64,000 nucleotides of DNA from Psammoneis japonica (taxonomy: Eukaryota). Within the stretch, counting starts at the first letter, position 1; each line of letters starts with the position of its first letter. The notes under the pieces are model-generated. The model did no database searches and was not told the origin of the DNA. It worked only from the letters and a program-made list of their open reading frames with translations. Below are positions 28,501-39,410 of the stretch, piece after piece. The position numbers were made by a program, and so were the translations under genes. The stretch lies in the NCBI GenBank assembly GCA_008632985.1, contig QPGO01000058.1, positions 124,001 through 188,000 of the forward strand. The letters run 5' to 3'.

Positions 28501-31500
28501 ATGGATGCTCCAAAGAAACGTCTTGTCTTTGAGGAATCTCAGCAATGCGAGCGAGTCCAAGAACACAAAATCCTGTCTAACGCTTTTGATCGACTGGACG
28601 AACCCGAGATTGTCTTTGTTGCCGGTGCCAGTGGAACCGGGAAATCGTCTCTGGTGGCCAGTTTCGGTCGTCAGATTAAAGACAATTGTTACTTTGTATC
28701 GGGAAAGTATGATGAATCAGTGCAGCAAGATCCATTTGCGGTTCTCTTTCGAACAATCGAACTTTTGTGCAATCAAATATTGCAACAAACTCCAGAAGAA
28801 ATCGATCGCTTGCGCTCGCGATTTCCCGAGTCTTCTCTCAAGGAATTCCACGTCCTGGCCGATTCAGTTCCCAGTCTGGTCACTCTTCTAGGACCTTCCA
28901 TGATGCAGCTAGAGTCGTCCTCAGAAACCACCTCTGCCACAACTCTGTCAACAAAGATGAACTTTCTGTTTGTCAGACTCTTGCAGTGTTTGTCGACCAA
29001 AGAAAAACCCGTGGTGCTATTCCTCGACGACCTGCAATGGATCAATGCTCCCACTTTGGACCTCCTGGTGTTCCTGCTGACGGACGCCAAGATTCGTCAC
29101 TTTATGTTCCTCGGATCCTATCGACGAGAACAAGAACACGAACTGAAGGACCTCTTTGACAAACTCAATGACTACAACAAGGCCACCACCAACCTTTTAC
29201 TGGACAATCTGTCGCAGGAAGATGTCACTATGTTTGTGACACGGGTGCTAGATCATAATGATGCCGAGTTATTGGCCCAGACTCTCTACCAAAAGACTCA
29301 AGGTAACCCCTTTTATATCAAATCCTACTTGGAGCTTCTGGTAAGGAAGGAAATATTGACGTTCTCGTATAGTCAGTATGCCTGGACCTGGGACTTGGAC
29401 CGTGTCGAGGGTGAACTGAAATTATCAGACAATGTTGTAGCAGTGGTCCTGGCCAAACTAAGGGGGTTGCAATATTCGTTGCAACACGTCATGGTATTGG
29501 CATCCTACCTGCCGTCGACCTTTGACAGGTCTATCCTTCAGACCCTCATGGAGCAGTGTGGAGATGATTCGACCAATCTAGAGCAACGATTGGATGACTT
29601 GGTCATGGACGGATTGCTAGTGAATACGATTGGGAGCACTCAATATTCGTTTGCGCACGATCGGATTCAGCAAGCTAGTACCGAATTTCGTGAAAACAAC
29701 GGACAAAATCAAGAGAAAATGAACCAGGCTGTTGGTAAAGTGTTGGCCGATGTAGCTCTCAGTGAAAATGCCGAGGACTGGATGATTTTTGCTGCCATTG
29801 AACGCCTGGAACAGTGTGGGTACAACGATCGTGAAACAATGATAAGTTATTACACCATTGCTGGGAAGCGATCCGCATCGATGGCTGCTTACGGTCCCGC
29901 AGCACTCTACTATGGAAAGGCCATTTCGCTCTTGCGAAGCATCAATAAGGAAAGCCAGGACCGTAGCCCAGACACAGGGATCTGGGCTACTCATCAAGAA
30001 CAATGCTTGGATCTGTTCTTAGCAGGTGCCGAAGTTGAATTCACGATTGGTAACTACGAGCGTGGCAACGACTATAGCCAAGAGTTGCTATCGAATTCGA
30101 AAAGTGAGCCGCATACACTTGAAATGTATCGGTTGCTGGCGGAGGCCTTGACACGCCAAAAACGGTCGGTGGAAGGAATGGAACACAACAAGAGAATACT
30201 TCAAGCGGTGGACGCCTATCCTCGACATGCAGGCAACCCAATCGACATGCTGGTTCGACTTTTAAGGACCAAGTCCAAGCTCAAGAAAATGCCCACCGAC
30301 GAAATTCTGAATCTTCCGATGGCAGTCGACCCAAAGGTGCTGTTAGCCATGCGCACCATCGAAAGTTTGGTTACGCAATGTGGCAACACTGGGAAGATAG
30401 TCTTGTTCTTGCAGTGCGTCATGGTGATGTTCAAAATAACCTTTCAGCATGGGTTGACCCCGCAGTCTGCAATCGCATTCATGGGGTTTTCCATGATCAA
30501 CTACAAGGGGTTTGGTGATGAGGAATTTGGGAAACGAATGAAAGAGATTGCCATGGCGTTGTTCGAAAGAGTCCCGGGTTCTAGCGTGCTGGTGCCCGTA
30601 CTAGCAGGAAGTGACGTCGATGCGTGGTACATGCCATTGAATAGTCTACGTGAGAGGTACGATTCGTGTTTCGAGTACGCGATGAGTGCAGGCGACTGCT
30701 TTGGCGGAATGTTGGGCTTTGCAATGAATGTGGCCATCGCCTTTCTTTGTGGCCTCCCGCTTAGCAATACTGCTGCCGATTCAAGGATTCTCATTACCAT
30801 GCTTCGGCAATACAAGATTGAATCGCTTTCTGCCATGTTCCAGCCATTTGACGACTTGGTATCTTGCCTAACCGGAACAATTGAAGATCCAATCCAGTGG
30901 GTAATCGATTTTGAACTTCCAAACAAGAAGCGTATGGACAAAAGCCGTATCCCTGAATTCGTACAAGGATGTTTAAATAGAGCAATGGCCGCATACGTCT
31001 TCGGGAATCTGCAAGAGGCAGAGAAGTATTTGAAAGGCTTCCGACACTATGCAGATCATGGCGGCGCCTTCTATGAAGTGATATCCGACACGTTTTATGG
31101 ACCACTTATCTACATGGCAAGATTCCGCCAAACGAAGCGGAGAAAGTATCGAGCTCAAGCTGAGCGGGAGTACAAAAAGTTGGCGAAAATGGCAAGAGAG
31201 AGGGGCCTCAACATAGTTCATAAGTTCCATATTGTCGAAGCAGAACGCGATGCAACCTTTGCGAAGGGCTTGAGTCAAGACAAAATCAAATCCAGCTATG
31301 ACAAGGCTATCGCAACATCACGGAAACCTGGATACATGCAAGATGCAGCTCTGGCAAGTGAGTTAGCTGGAGAGTACTTTGTAAGGGCTGCGGACAATGA
31401 CTGGGCATGCCATTATTTGAATCAAGCTGTTCGGCTCTACGCAGAGTGGGGAGCCGAAGGTAAAGTGCAGCAAATGATAAAACGCCATGGATCAATGATA

Positions 31501-31659
31501 ACTGTTTCTGGCGATGACCTGGCTGAAATGAAGACTACACGCAAACCCAGATATTCCCTGGCTTCCAGAATGGACATAGGTTCCTCAATGAAAAGTGGCT
31601 CTGCCTCTATCTCGCATTGTCCAGAGACTCTATCTTCGTCTGCTTCCGTTGCGTCTTAA
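28501..31659 (+). CDS. STAND/AAA_16-type ATPase with helical TPR-like C-terminus
   Basis: Walker A GASGTGKS, FVSGKYD, Walker B VLFLDDLQW, KTQGNPFY, YSFAHDRIQQA, and DAALASELAG...YAEWGAEGK. Single-exon, 1052 aa. Confidence 0.88.
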   Translation: MDAPKKRLVFEESQQCERVQEHKILSNAFDRLDEPEIVFVAGASGTGKSSLVASFGRQIKDNCYFVSGKYDESVQQDPFAVLFRTIELLCNQILQQTPEEIDRLRSRFPESSLKEFHVLADSVPSLVTLLGPSMMQLESSSETTSATTLSTKMNFLFVRLLQCLSTKEKPVVLFLDDLQWINAPTLDLLVFLLTDAKIRHFMFLGSYRREQEHELKDLFDKLNDYNKATTNLLLDNLSQEDVTMFVTRVLDHNDAELLAQTLYQKTQGNPFYIKSYLELLVRKEILTFSYSQYAWTWDLDRVEGELKLSDNVVAVVLAKLRGLQYSLQHVMVLASYLPSTFDRSILQTLMEQCGDDSTNLEQRLDDLVMDGLLVNTIGSTQYSFAHDRIQQASTEFRENNGQNQEKMNQAVGKVLADVALSENAEDWMIFAAIERLEQCGYNDRETMISYYTIAGKRSASMAAYGPAALYYGKAISLLRSINKESQDRSPDTGIWATHQEQCLDLFLAGAEVEFTIGNYERGNDYSQELLSNSKSEPHTLEMYRLLAEALTRQKRSVEGMEHNKRILQAVDAYPRHAGNPIDMLVRLLRTKSKLKKMPTDEILNLPMAVDPKVLLAMRTIESLVTQCGNTGKIVLFLQCVMVMFKITFQHGLTPQSAIAFMGFSMINYKGFGDEEFGKRMKEIAMALFERVPGSSVLVPVLAGSDVDAWYMPLNSLRERYDSCFEYAMSAGDCFGGMLGFAMNVAIAFLCGLPLSNTAADSRILITMLRQYKIESLSAMFQPFDDLVSCLTGTIEDPIQWVIDFELPNKKRMDKSRIPEFVQGCLNRAMAAYVFGNLQEAEKYLKGFRHYADHGGAFYEVISDTFYGPLIYMARFRQTKRRKYRAQAEREYKKLAKMARERGLNIVHKFHIVEAERDATFAKGLSQDKIKSSYDKAIATSRKPGYMQDAALASELAGEYFVRAADNDWACHYLNQAVRLYAEWGAEGKVQQMIKRHGSMITVSGDDLAEMKTTRKPRYSLASRMDIGSSMKSGSASISHCPETLSSSASVAS

Positions 31660-32976
31660 GGATGGATCTACGTGCTGCGGTCTGTTTTTTGGGAGCTCGT
31701 AATTTTTATAAAAACAACCCGGATGCATCGTAGTAAATGCGCGCGCGTTCGCAAAAAAAGATTTCAGCGATCGGTCGAACTTTGTCCGTTCGCCAGACAC
31801 CCTAGAATGCTTGAACGACAGACATGACCATGCGCGAGTTTTACCTTAACGACTGTGGATGTGTCAACAGCCAGTCAAATGCCACTCATCGGCATTTCCC
31901 GGAAAGACACCGCCAATCTCCCACGAGAAGCCCGATTTTAGCGAAAATTGGCAGTTTTTTCGACCTGACAACAGGGCATGGGTCGACAAGTGGCATTTGA
32001 AGTGCCAAATGTGCAGCTCTTGTAGCCGTCTGACAGCCCCCATGAGGGTTTGACGAATGCACAAGTGTTCGGGGGTGTTCCGAGGCAGGTCAAAATAACA
32101 CGGTGAAGTGCGGGAAATGCGAGCCATTTTAAATTAGACCGCAGCACGTAGATCCATCCTCAATGGCTTCCGCCGTGAAAGTGGCAAAGGCACAAATGCT
32201 GATGAGCGTGTGTGTGCGTAAGAGAGAGAGAGAGCATTGGCAAGTTGGTTTGATTCACGGTCCTGTGTGGTTTGCCTGCACAGAAGCACTGGCACTCTTC
32301 CGCATCCACGCCGATTTTCTGTGGGAAGACTGGATGAATGAATCATGAAAATCGCGCCATTTCGCACATCCAATCACCAGCATCCTAGAGTCTGGACTCC
32401 TTCTTTTCATCACTCTTTCTAGTTTGGGGTTTGCTTCCGCATGGTGCACACAAGAAGTGACCACGGCAGGGCCCTCTCTGCTCTAGCTAGCCAGAGCAGA
32501 GGAGAGGTTAGACTGCAGACTTCTTCAGCTTCCTCGACGCGACGTCTTGCCTTCTTCTTCACGTCGGTTGTCTTTGCAACAAAGCATGAGGATTTTAAAA
32601 AATGATTGTTAACGTCTAACGGAAATGTCACGACCGGATTCAAAAATTCGGGTCTTGCCGTCGGTATAAATGTGTTCATACAGGAGGATCTTTCAATAAG
32701 TCCAATATTCCTCATTTTCGTAATCGTGTATTAAAAATGAAATATTCAAATTTGCATAATCAATCAATTTTGTTGCTCCGCTGTTCACAAATCAACAATC
32801 AATCGATCGCCAAAAGAGCGAAAAAACATCATGCCTTCGGCCTTCGGGAGCTGGTACCGTACCCAGTCATCAACCATCACTGCAAACAAGATCACTAGGT
32901 CGTTAGCATTGAAAAGAATCCGTCACCTGTATTTGCTTCTCAGCATTCGGTGCCTTCCAAAACAACACAAGCGAAC

Positions 32977-34005
32977 ATGTCGGTAGGTGCGGCTCGAGGA
33001 CCTTTGGGGTCTGTGTTTGCGCAATGGGCTGTTGTTGGGCTTGGAGCATTGGGTATCTTAGGTAACGAGGATCTATCATCTTCAATTTTGAGAGGCGCAA
33101 GATTTGCACTTCTTCCTCGAGATGCAACTGGTACTGATCGGGATCAGAGGCAGCCAATTGTGATTCACAACTTGGGTAGTCCATCGTCGAGCAAAAATGG
33201 GTTTGTGTGGACTTTGCTACAACTGACCGTAGGCGCTGGGGTCTGTTGGGGGTCGTATATCGTGTTTTCTTCGTGTCTTCCCGAGGCAGTAAAAGGAATG
33301 CTTCCTGTCACCCGCAAATGTTTCGACCAGGCTGTCACGTCGCTGGGTCGCGGAATTGTGAATGTAAGGGATGTTCTCACCCAACAGATACTTGGGCTGA
33401 GTGAGAAACAAGAGGAGCTTAGTTCGAAGCAAGACGATACTCACTGTGAAGTGATGGGGATCAAAAATGATCTTGGGGATGTAAAAATGGATCTGGGAAG
33501 CATTTACGAGTCTATGCAGCGTTGCGAGTCGTCCTTATCAGAAGCAGAGAGGCGTCAATCTTACACTGCTCGGGGTGTTCGACTCCTTGTTCGATGCGTT
33601 AGTGCCATGATGCCCGCGAATGCTGCATTTGTCGGTGAACTTGACAAATTTTCAATGGCTGGAGATGAACTGTATAAGGAACAAGACCAGCAGATCCCGC
33701 ATCAGCGTGTTGTAGCACCATCTACGCAGCCGGAAAAAGTGCAGCAGGATCGGTTGACTTATGTGGGGCATCAGTGTGAGAATCCCCAGCAATATACTCC
33801 TAATCCTCCTGGCAATGTCGTGACAAACCGTTCTCAGGATTCTTCCCCAGAGAGTGAAAGGTATGCGTCACCTAGCCCGGTCCCGGCTCCAATGCAAAGT
33901 GATCTTGGCGACTATCGCGCCATGTTGGAAATGATGAAAGGGATTCAAGGTACCAGCGGAAGCAATGTTGTTGGAGCGAACAGCTACGCACGTGTGACTT
34001 CTTGA
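32977..34005 (+). CDS. DUF1664-like coiled-coil membrane protein
   Basis: TM segment followed by MLPVTRKCFDQAVTSLG and a coiled coil ending TARGVRLLVRCV. First ATG at 32977. Confidence 0.65.
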   Translation: MSVGAARGPLGSVFAQWAVVGLGALGILGNEDLSSSILRGARFALLPRDATGTDRDQRQPIVIHNLGSPSSSKNGFVWTLLQLTVGAGVCWGSYIVFSSCLPEAVKGMLPVTRKCFDQAVTSLGRGIVNVRDVLTQQILGLSEKQEELSSKQDDTHCEVMGIKNDLGDVKMDLGSIYESMQRCESSLSEAERRQSYTARGVRLLVRCVSAMMPANAAFVGELDKFSMAGDELYKEQDQQIPHQRVVAPSTQPEKVQQDRLTYVGHQCENPQQYTPNPPGNVVTNRSQDSSPESERYASPSPVPAPMQSDLGDYRAMLEMMKGIQGTSGSNVVGANSYARVTS

Positions 34006-35674
34006 AACAACCCAAGAGCTGACTGTTGTTCAATCGTAGTGTAATGATTAGTAGCTTGATGACTACCACAGCACACATTTCATCAGGCAAGTCTGCCCAC
34101 TGTGCTGCAGGCATGCCACATTGAGCGCATTTTTTACAGCATCTCCAATCTTCAGGCTTCAGAACGATTGACCATTGAACAGCTGCCAGGACAAGAGAAA
34201 AATCTCTGTCTAATCTCTGTCTAAAAAGAAGCCAATGAAAGGCAAGCCGTGGTGTCTTCAAGTGAGATGAATGCGCAGTTTGAAAAATTGAGAGATGCGA
34301 ATGCATTGTCTCAGTTCATGACTGTGTTGCTTGGTGTCATCACATCCCACCCTCCACAATGCCAAGGCCAAAATTTTGCTTGCAACTTTCACAAGAATGA
34401 AGAAAAACTTTCTTTGGCTTGCAGCACAGCTGCTTGTCAGTGCAAGGCAGGAAGCCAAAAGCATGTCCAAACCTTGCACAAACCAAGAAGACCTCTCTCC
34501 AACATCACCATGATCTCCTCACAGTGCTGTGGCTCTCCTCCTGCCAATTTTCTAGCCTGCAACAGTTTTGCAACCAAAGAGAAAATGCTGGCACAAGTGA
34601 CAACTTTTGCTGCTGCCATGACTGAGGGGACAGAAAGGAACACACAAATGTCAAGTTGTTGGGACAATTTTTTTGTGCAAGGCAGGAGAAGAGAGATGCA
34701 CAAAACCCCCCAGGGTGAGTGACCAGTCTTTCCACCAAGGCTGGGTGCTGCCAAATTGCCACTTTTTCCTGGTCTTCTTTCCTTTTCCTTTTTTTGATTT
34801 TTGCAGAGCAAGCAACATTGACAACAGAGTGTGGTTTTTTGAATGGCTTGTGTGTTGCCCCTTGCCAGTTGCAAAATTGCAAGTTGAAAACATTGTCTGG
34901 TCCAGCCCTGGCTCCAAAGAAATGCAGCCAGCATGGCAGCTGCTGGAGAGCCACACTGTTTGGAAATGACAAAAGATGAGGGGCTCTCAGCGAGTTTGCA
35001 GCAGCAAAAACCCCGCCTCTCACTCTCTTTTGTTTCTTCAAGTGTGGGGGTGCATGTTGGTGATTTTGCAGATGAGAAGAAAGAAGTTTTGCATCATGCA
35101 CTTGTTGAATCAGCTTGCACAACATTGCCCCAGTTGTGCTGCAGCACAACAAATTGTTTGAAGATGCTGCAGGACACATTTCACAGACAACTCCTGCCAC
35201 CCAGTGAATTGAGAACATCACGGCATCTTCATGCTGCTCCATGCATCAACTCTCTGATGGCCAGTCATGGGAAAAGAGACAAAATCTTCCCATCTAGAAA
35301 AGCAGTGGTGCCACTCTTGTTGATGAACTGCGTGATTGACTGCACTCAGCAATGGCGGTGGATGTTGATGAGCTGGAATGCACAAACACAGGGCCACATG
35401 GAAAAGAAGCACGAAATGTGTTTTTTGAGTGCAGCTTGAAATTTTGAAATGTTTCACACAGCAAAGTGGCAAAAGGTGAGAAGCTGAAAGAAAGTGCCGG
35501 TGCAAGCAACAGAGAAGAAGCAGAAGCCAGCAATGGCAGCGCCAGTTTGATGTCTTCCCAAACGCTTTTTCCCAAGAGGAATGGCTGCAGCAGGAAATGG
35601 CAAAAGCCAAGGACATGAGCACAGGACAGCTTCTGAGAGATGAGCTCAATGAAATGCTGGGAACGTTGACCAAG

Positions 35675-36120
35675 TGCAGCATGCATGCAGACAAAAGGTT
35701 GTTTTTGTCACGCCCTTTGTGACATTTAAAGGCTGCAACACGTCGCCGTGACACATTGACTCTTGTCAGTGGCTGTGCATTGCACTCCTCCCCATGCATC
35801 ACGCGTTCATGCGGCTCTTTACCAACGTGCACTGACACTGCACGGTTTTGGCGGAACAGTGTGGGCACGTGCGAAGGAACGTGCAGAACTGTACAGAGTT
35901 TTACGCGTTCGACAGTGATGACGTTGCTGCAGACAACTCCCACTCAGGGTTTCGAACCCCTGGCCTCCTGCCCAATGGTTGCGATGAACCACTCCGCTGT
36001 GAATTCACAATGCAGCATGCATGAAGACAAAAGGTCACTTTTGTCACGCCCTTTGTGACATTTAAAGGCTGTAACACGTCGCCGTGGTGCATTGGCTCTC
36101 ATCAGCAGCTGCACATTGCA
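35675..36120. repeat. 110-bp direct repeats (35675-35784 and 36011-36120) flanking a 226-bp spacer
   Basis: Ungapped alignment TGCAGCATGCATG...TTTGTCACGCCCTTTGTGACATTTAAAGGCTG...CATTGCA. Confidence 0.9.
35934..36006 (-). mobile_element. tRNA-derived (Pol III A/B box) SINE-like head
   Basis: Minus strand has CAGCGGAGTGG (A-box-like), a D-stem GCGG/TCGC and CAGGGGTTCGAAACCCTG (T-arm, B-box). The anticodon region is too short for a functional tRNA. Confidence 0.5.
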
Positions 36121-36500
36121 CAAGAGTTTCTTTCACAAAGTCAGAGTTTGTCAAGGTGCACATTGAAGTGGTTGTTGATGGACCAAAAGGAGGCCACATG
36201 GGTGGTGGAGGATCAATGTAGACTGGTTGAAGAAGTGCTGCTGCTGCTCAGGATGAACCATGTGGTCCAACCTGCCAAGATGCAGTCATGCAAAAAAAAT
36301 TGACCTTCGTTCCAAAGCCTTGACTGCTGCAATGACAACATGCAGCAGCCAAATTGACTGCAAACAAACTTTGCAGAACTGCACCCACACACATTCTGCA
36401 GATCCCACTGCTCAGGTGAGCATCTTTTGTGGGACAAGGGAGCTTTTCACACTCATTTTCCATTTTTCAAACTGCGCCAGTCTTGCTGCTTCTTGTCAAG

Positions 36501-37330
36501 TCAACCAGCCAATCCCCCCCAATTGTCAAAAGGCAGATCAAGCCAAGGGTGCTGACAATCAAGGCAGAAATGTTGCTTTCGTGCAATGGCACACCTCCTG
36601 GCAGGAGGCCAGTCCACACCAACTCTTTGCCAAGAAGTTTGGGGGTGGCAACAAAGTTGGCAGGTGCCAGTCATGGGGCTGACAAAATGTTTTTTGCCAC
36701 ACTTGATCTTGTGACATTGCTTCGTCACCAAATTTTGATGGTCAGCAACAGTCTTCAAGAAGACCAGTCCAGTCAAGGCAGTTGTGACACCCGTTCAGGT
36801 GAGGAAGCTGCCTTTCACAGCAAATGTGGGGCTGTGCAATGCAAATGGCATGAGCAAGGCCATCATCACATGCAGAATGCTGCAAGAGGCAGTGAGTGGC
36901 AAGACAGGCAAGGTCTGCTTGGCGTCAAAGTTCTTGGTCTGGTCTCCTGTTTGAGGGACACCAGCACCCCAAAGCAAGAGGAAAAGTGTGAGGTGCAGAC
37001 CAAAAACAATCATGATTTGCATCAGCCAAACTTTGAGAGGTTCTGTCCATTAGAGTGGCTTGAGAATGGAGGTGCCAAATGCAAGAGCCAATGACAGTGC
37101 CGCTGCTGGCACTGAAGATCCATGTCCCACAGAAAAGCAGCAGGCATTGTGGATCAAAGTCAAAGGAATAGCTGTCAACAAAGCAGCTGCCATGACAACC
37201 AACAAGGCATTCCAGTCAGTTCCTGAGGCCCCAGAGTTGCTTTCAAGTTCTCCAAAAGGCTGTCCAACAAGCTTGTCGAGGCCCCTGGCAGCACTTGTGT
37301 CAGATGTGAGGGTTTTGTCTGTCACAAAAT
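36501..37330 (-). pseudogene. Decayed DUF1295 / steroid 5-alpha-reductase-family membrane protein gene
   Basis: ORFs 37050..37352, 36795..37022 and 36501..36776 share one frame: AIPLTLIHNACCFSVGHG, FGLHLTLFLL, GLVFLKTVADHQ, TGTCQLCCHP. These correspond to YxFSVGYG, YGLRL..FL, LExxADxQK and GxYxxxRHPNY. Confidence 0.65.
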
Positions 37331-39383
37331 AAGAGGAAGAGATGAGAATCACACTTGGGTTGATTTGTGTTGATTCACAAAAAACATGGTTGAAACCGCA
37401 AAATCCTCAACACCACCACTCTGCTCACAACTCTTCTCATCGAACGTCCAAATCACCATGCGACCACTTCTTGTTCAAGGAAGCACTTTCTTCCTCCTCT
37501 TTCACAGCTTGATGCTCTGCTGTTGCCGGTGCTGCATGTGAGTGCTGCACCCACATGACATTTGATTGTCAGTGTCCTGGGATTTGTGTGTCTCATGGCA
37601 GTCGTGCAGACAAAACCCAAGAATGTGACCTTGAACAGGCAAACCCTGGTGTCCGCAAAAGAAGAACATGGCATGTCTTTGCCCATTTTCATGGCTTTTT
37701 CTGTCATTGCAATGCTTGTGTGGGTTTCATCCAACCTCTGTTCATTGTCAACAAAAGAACTTCTGAACTGGGGGCCAGCTCAGATTGCATCTTTTGCTTG
37801 TGAGAAGGGCTTTGGATTTCTCTGTTCTTTTTCTTCTTCCATCCAATCTGACACATCCAATGTGGACTGATCCTCATCACAGGTTGCACATTGGTGTCAA
37901 ATCTCAGCCTTTGCCATGTGTGAACAATGCTGTTGCAATCATGGAAAAGGGATGACCACAGCACACATGCCACACATCATGTGCACACACCTCAACTCCC
38001 TCTCTCTCTTGCACCTCCACCCGGGGCATGCAACATGAGCAGAAGTTGAGCAACAGAGTTGATTGTCAATGAATTGATCATCTGTTGATGATGTGATGAA
38101 GAGGTGTGTGTTTCACCATGCTCACCCTGAAGACTCCTCTCTCCTCTCTTGACTGCTGAGCAAAACTCTGGAATCCCTGCCAGCATGTGTCAATGACATC
38201 TGTTTCCTGTGCTGCATCCTTTTCATCAGCACATTTGGAGATGGCAGTGTGGCAGGAATGTGCAACAATTGGCCAAGTTCAGTGCCACCATCAAGTGCTG
38301 ATGCCATGCTGAAATGGCTGGCAACAGCGCAAGTTCCAAGTGTGCAGCAAACTGTTGAGCCTTGCCCAAGAGTGCTTGACTTAAGAGTGGTGGCAGTTTG
38401 ACCACAGGAGCTCTGGCTGCTTCTTCAATGACCTTTGTGAGTTGAGTGAGTGAGGTTCTTGTCTCCCCAGAGCAAGTGTTGAGCAAGTGAGCTCTGTGTC
38501 AAGCAAAGTGGAAAAAAGCAGTCATTTGTGCACAAGCAGATGACTGCAACAGTGCACTGCACCAACTTTCCCCAGTTTCTGCATCACCGCAATCAACAGC
38601 ATCTTTGCAAAAGCCCCACAGCTCCTGCCACTGCTGAGACCAGACAAGAAGAAAGCACTGCATTGACAACTGTCACCCACACTGGAAAAAATTGCCATTT
38701 CTTCCATTGCCCTGCATGCCAGACACATGGAAAAATGACAAAATGCTCCATCAAAAGCAGCCAGCAAATGAAGGAGAGATGCAGCCAGCCCTCAGCCAGG
38801 CACACTTGTTTTGTTTTGGCCCTTTTCCCTGATGCTTTCTGTGCTGCAATTCCCCATTTTTGCTTGAACGCACCAACAACCAACAACCACAGGCCACTCG
38901 AGGTGGCAGTGCAACTGCTGCTGCTGTGGCTGAAGAGAGCCACCACCATGACCCACAGAGGGCAAGGAGAGAGTTGATTGTGCCACTCTTTTTTTGCCAA
39001 ATCAATCACATTTTTCATGAAACTCTGGGTTGCCTTTTACAAAGCCTTGGCACCCTCTGTTGCTGAAAGCCTTTTGCCTCCAATTCAGAAGAAGAAGGGA
39101 AAAATCCCTCTTCTGGTGTGCAAATGGAGGCAAGTTGCATCTTGTCAAGATTTGTGCCATCCAAGCAGAGCTTCAAATCATCAAGAAAGGCTTGGATGGA
39201 AGCTTTGTCATTTTCAGTTGATGCATTTTCCCCAACCTGCATGACTCCACTCACCAAGGCTGGCAGTGTTGTGTGCAGAGCTGCGTCATTTCAAAATCAG
39301 GCGCTGGTTGAAAAATGAAGAAATCTGCTGACAAGGACAAGCTGGCGGTGTCTTGAATCAATGCAGAAATTGTGAACCCCCCC

Positions 39384-39410
39384 CCACACACACACACACA
39401 CACACACACA
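39384..39410. repeat. (CA)n microsatellite preceded by a C run
   Basis: cccccccccacacacacacacacacacacacaca. Confidence 0.9.

Noticed and set aside
31860..32600. A sixth TA-depleted mobile element
   Set aside because: Depletion is only partial, and no termini or coding remnant were found.
35934..36006. Functional tRNA gene
   Set aside because: The anticodon arm is too short and the acceptor stem is poor. Kept only as a tRNA-derived element.
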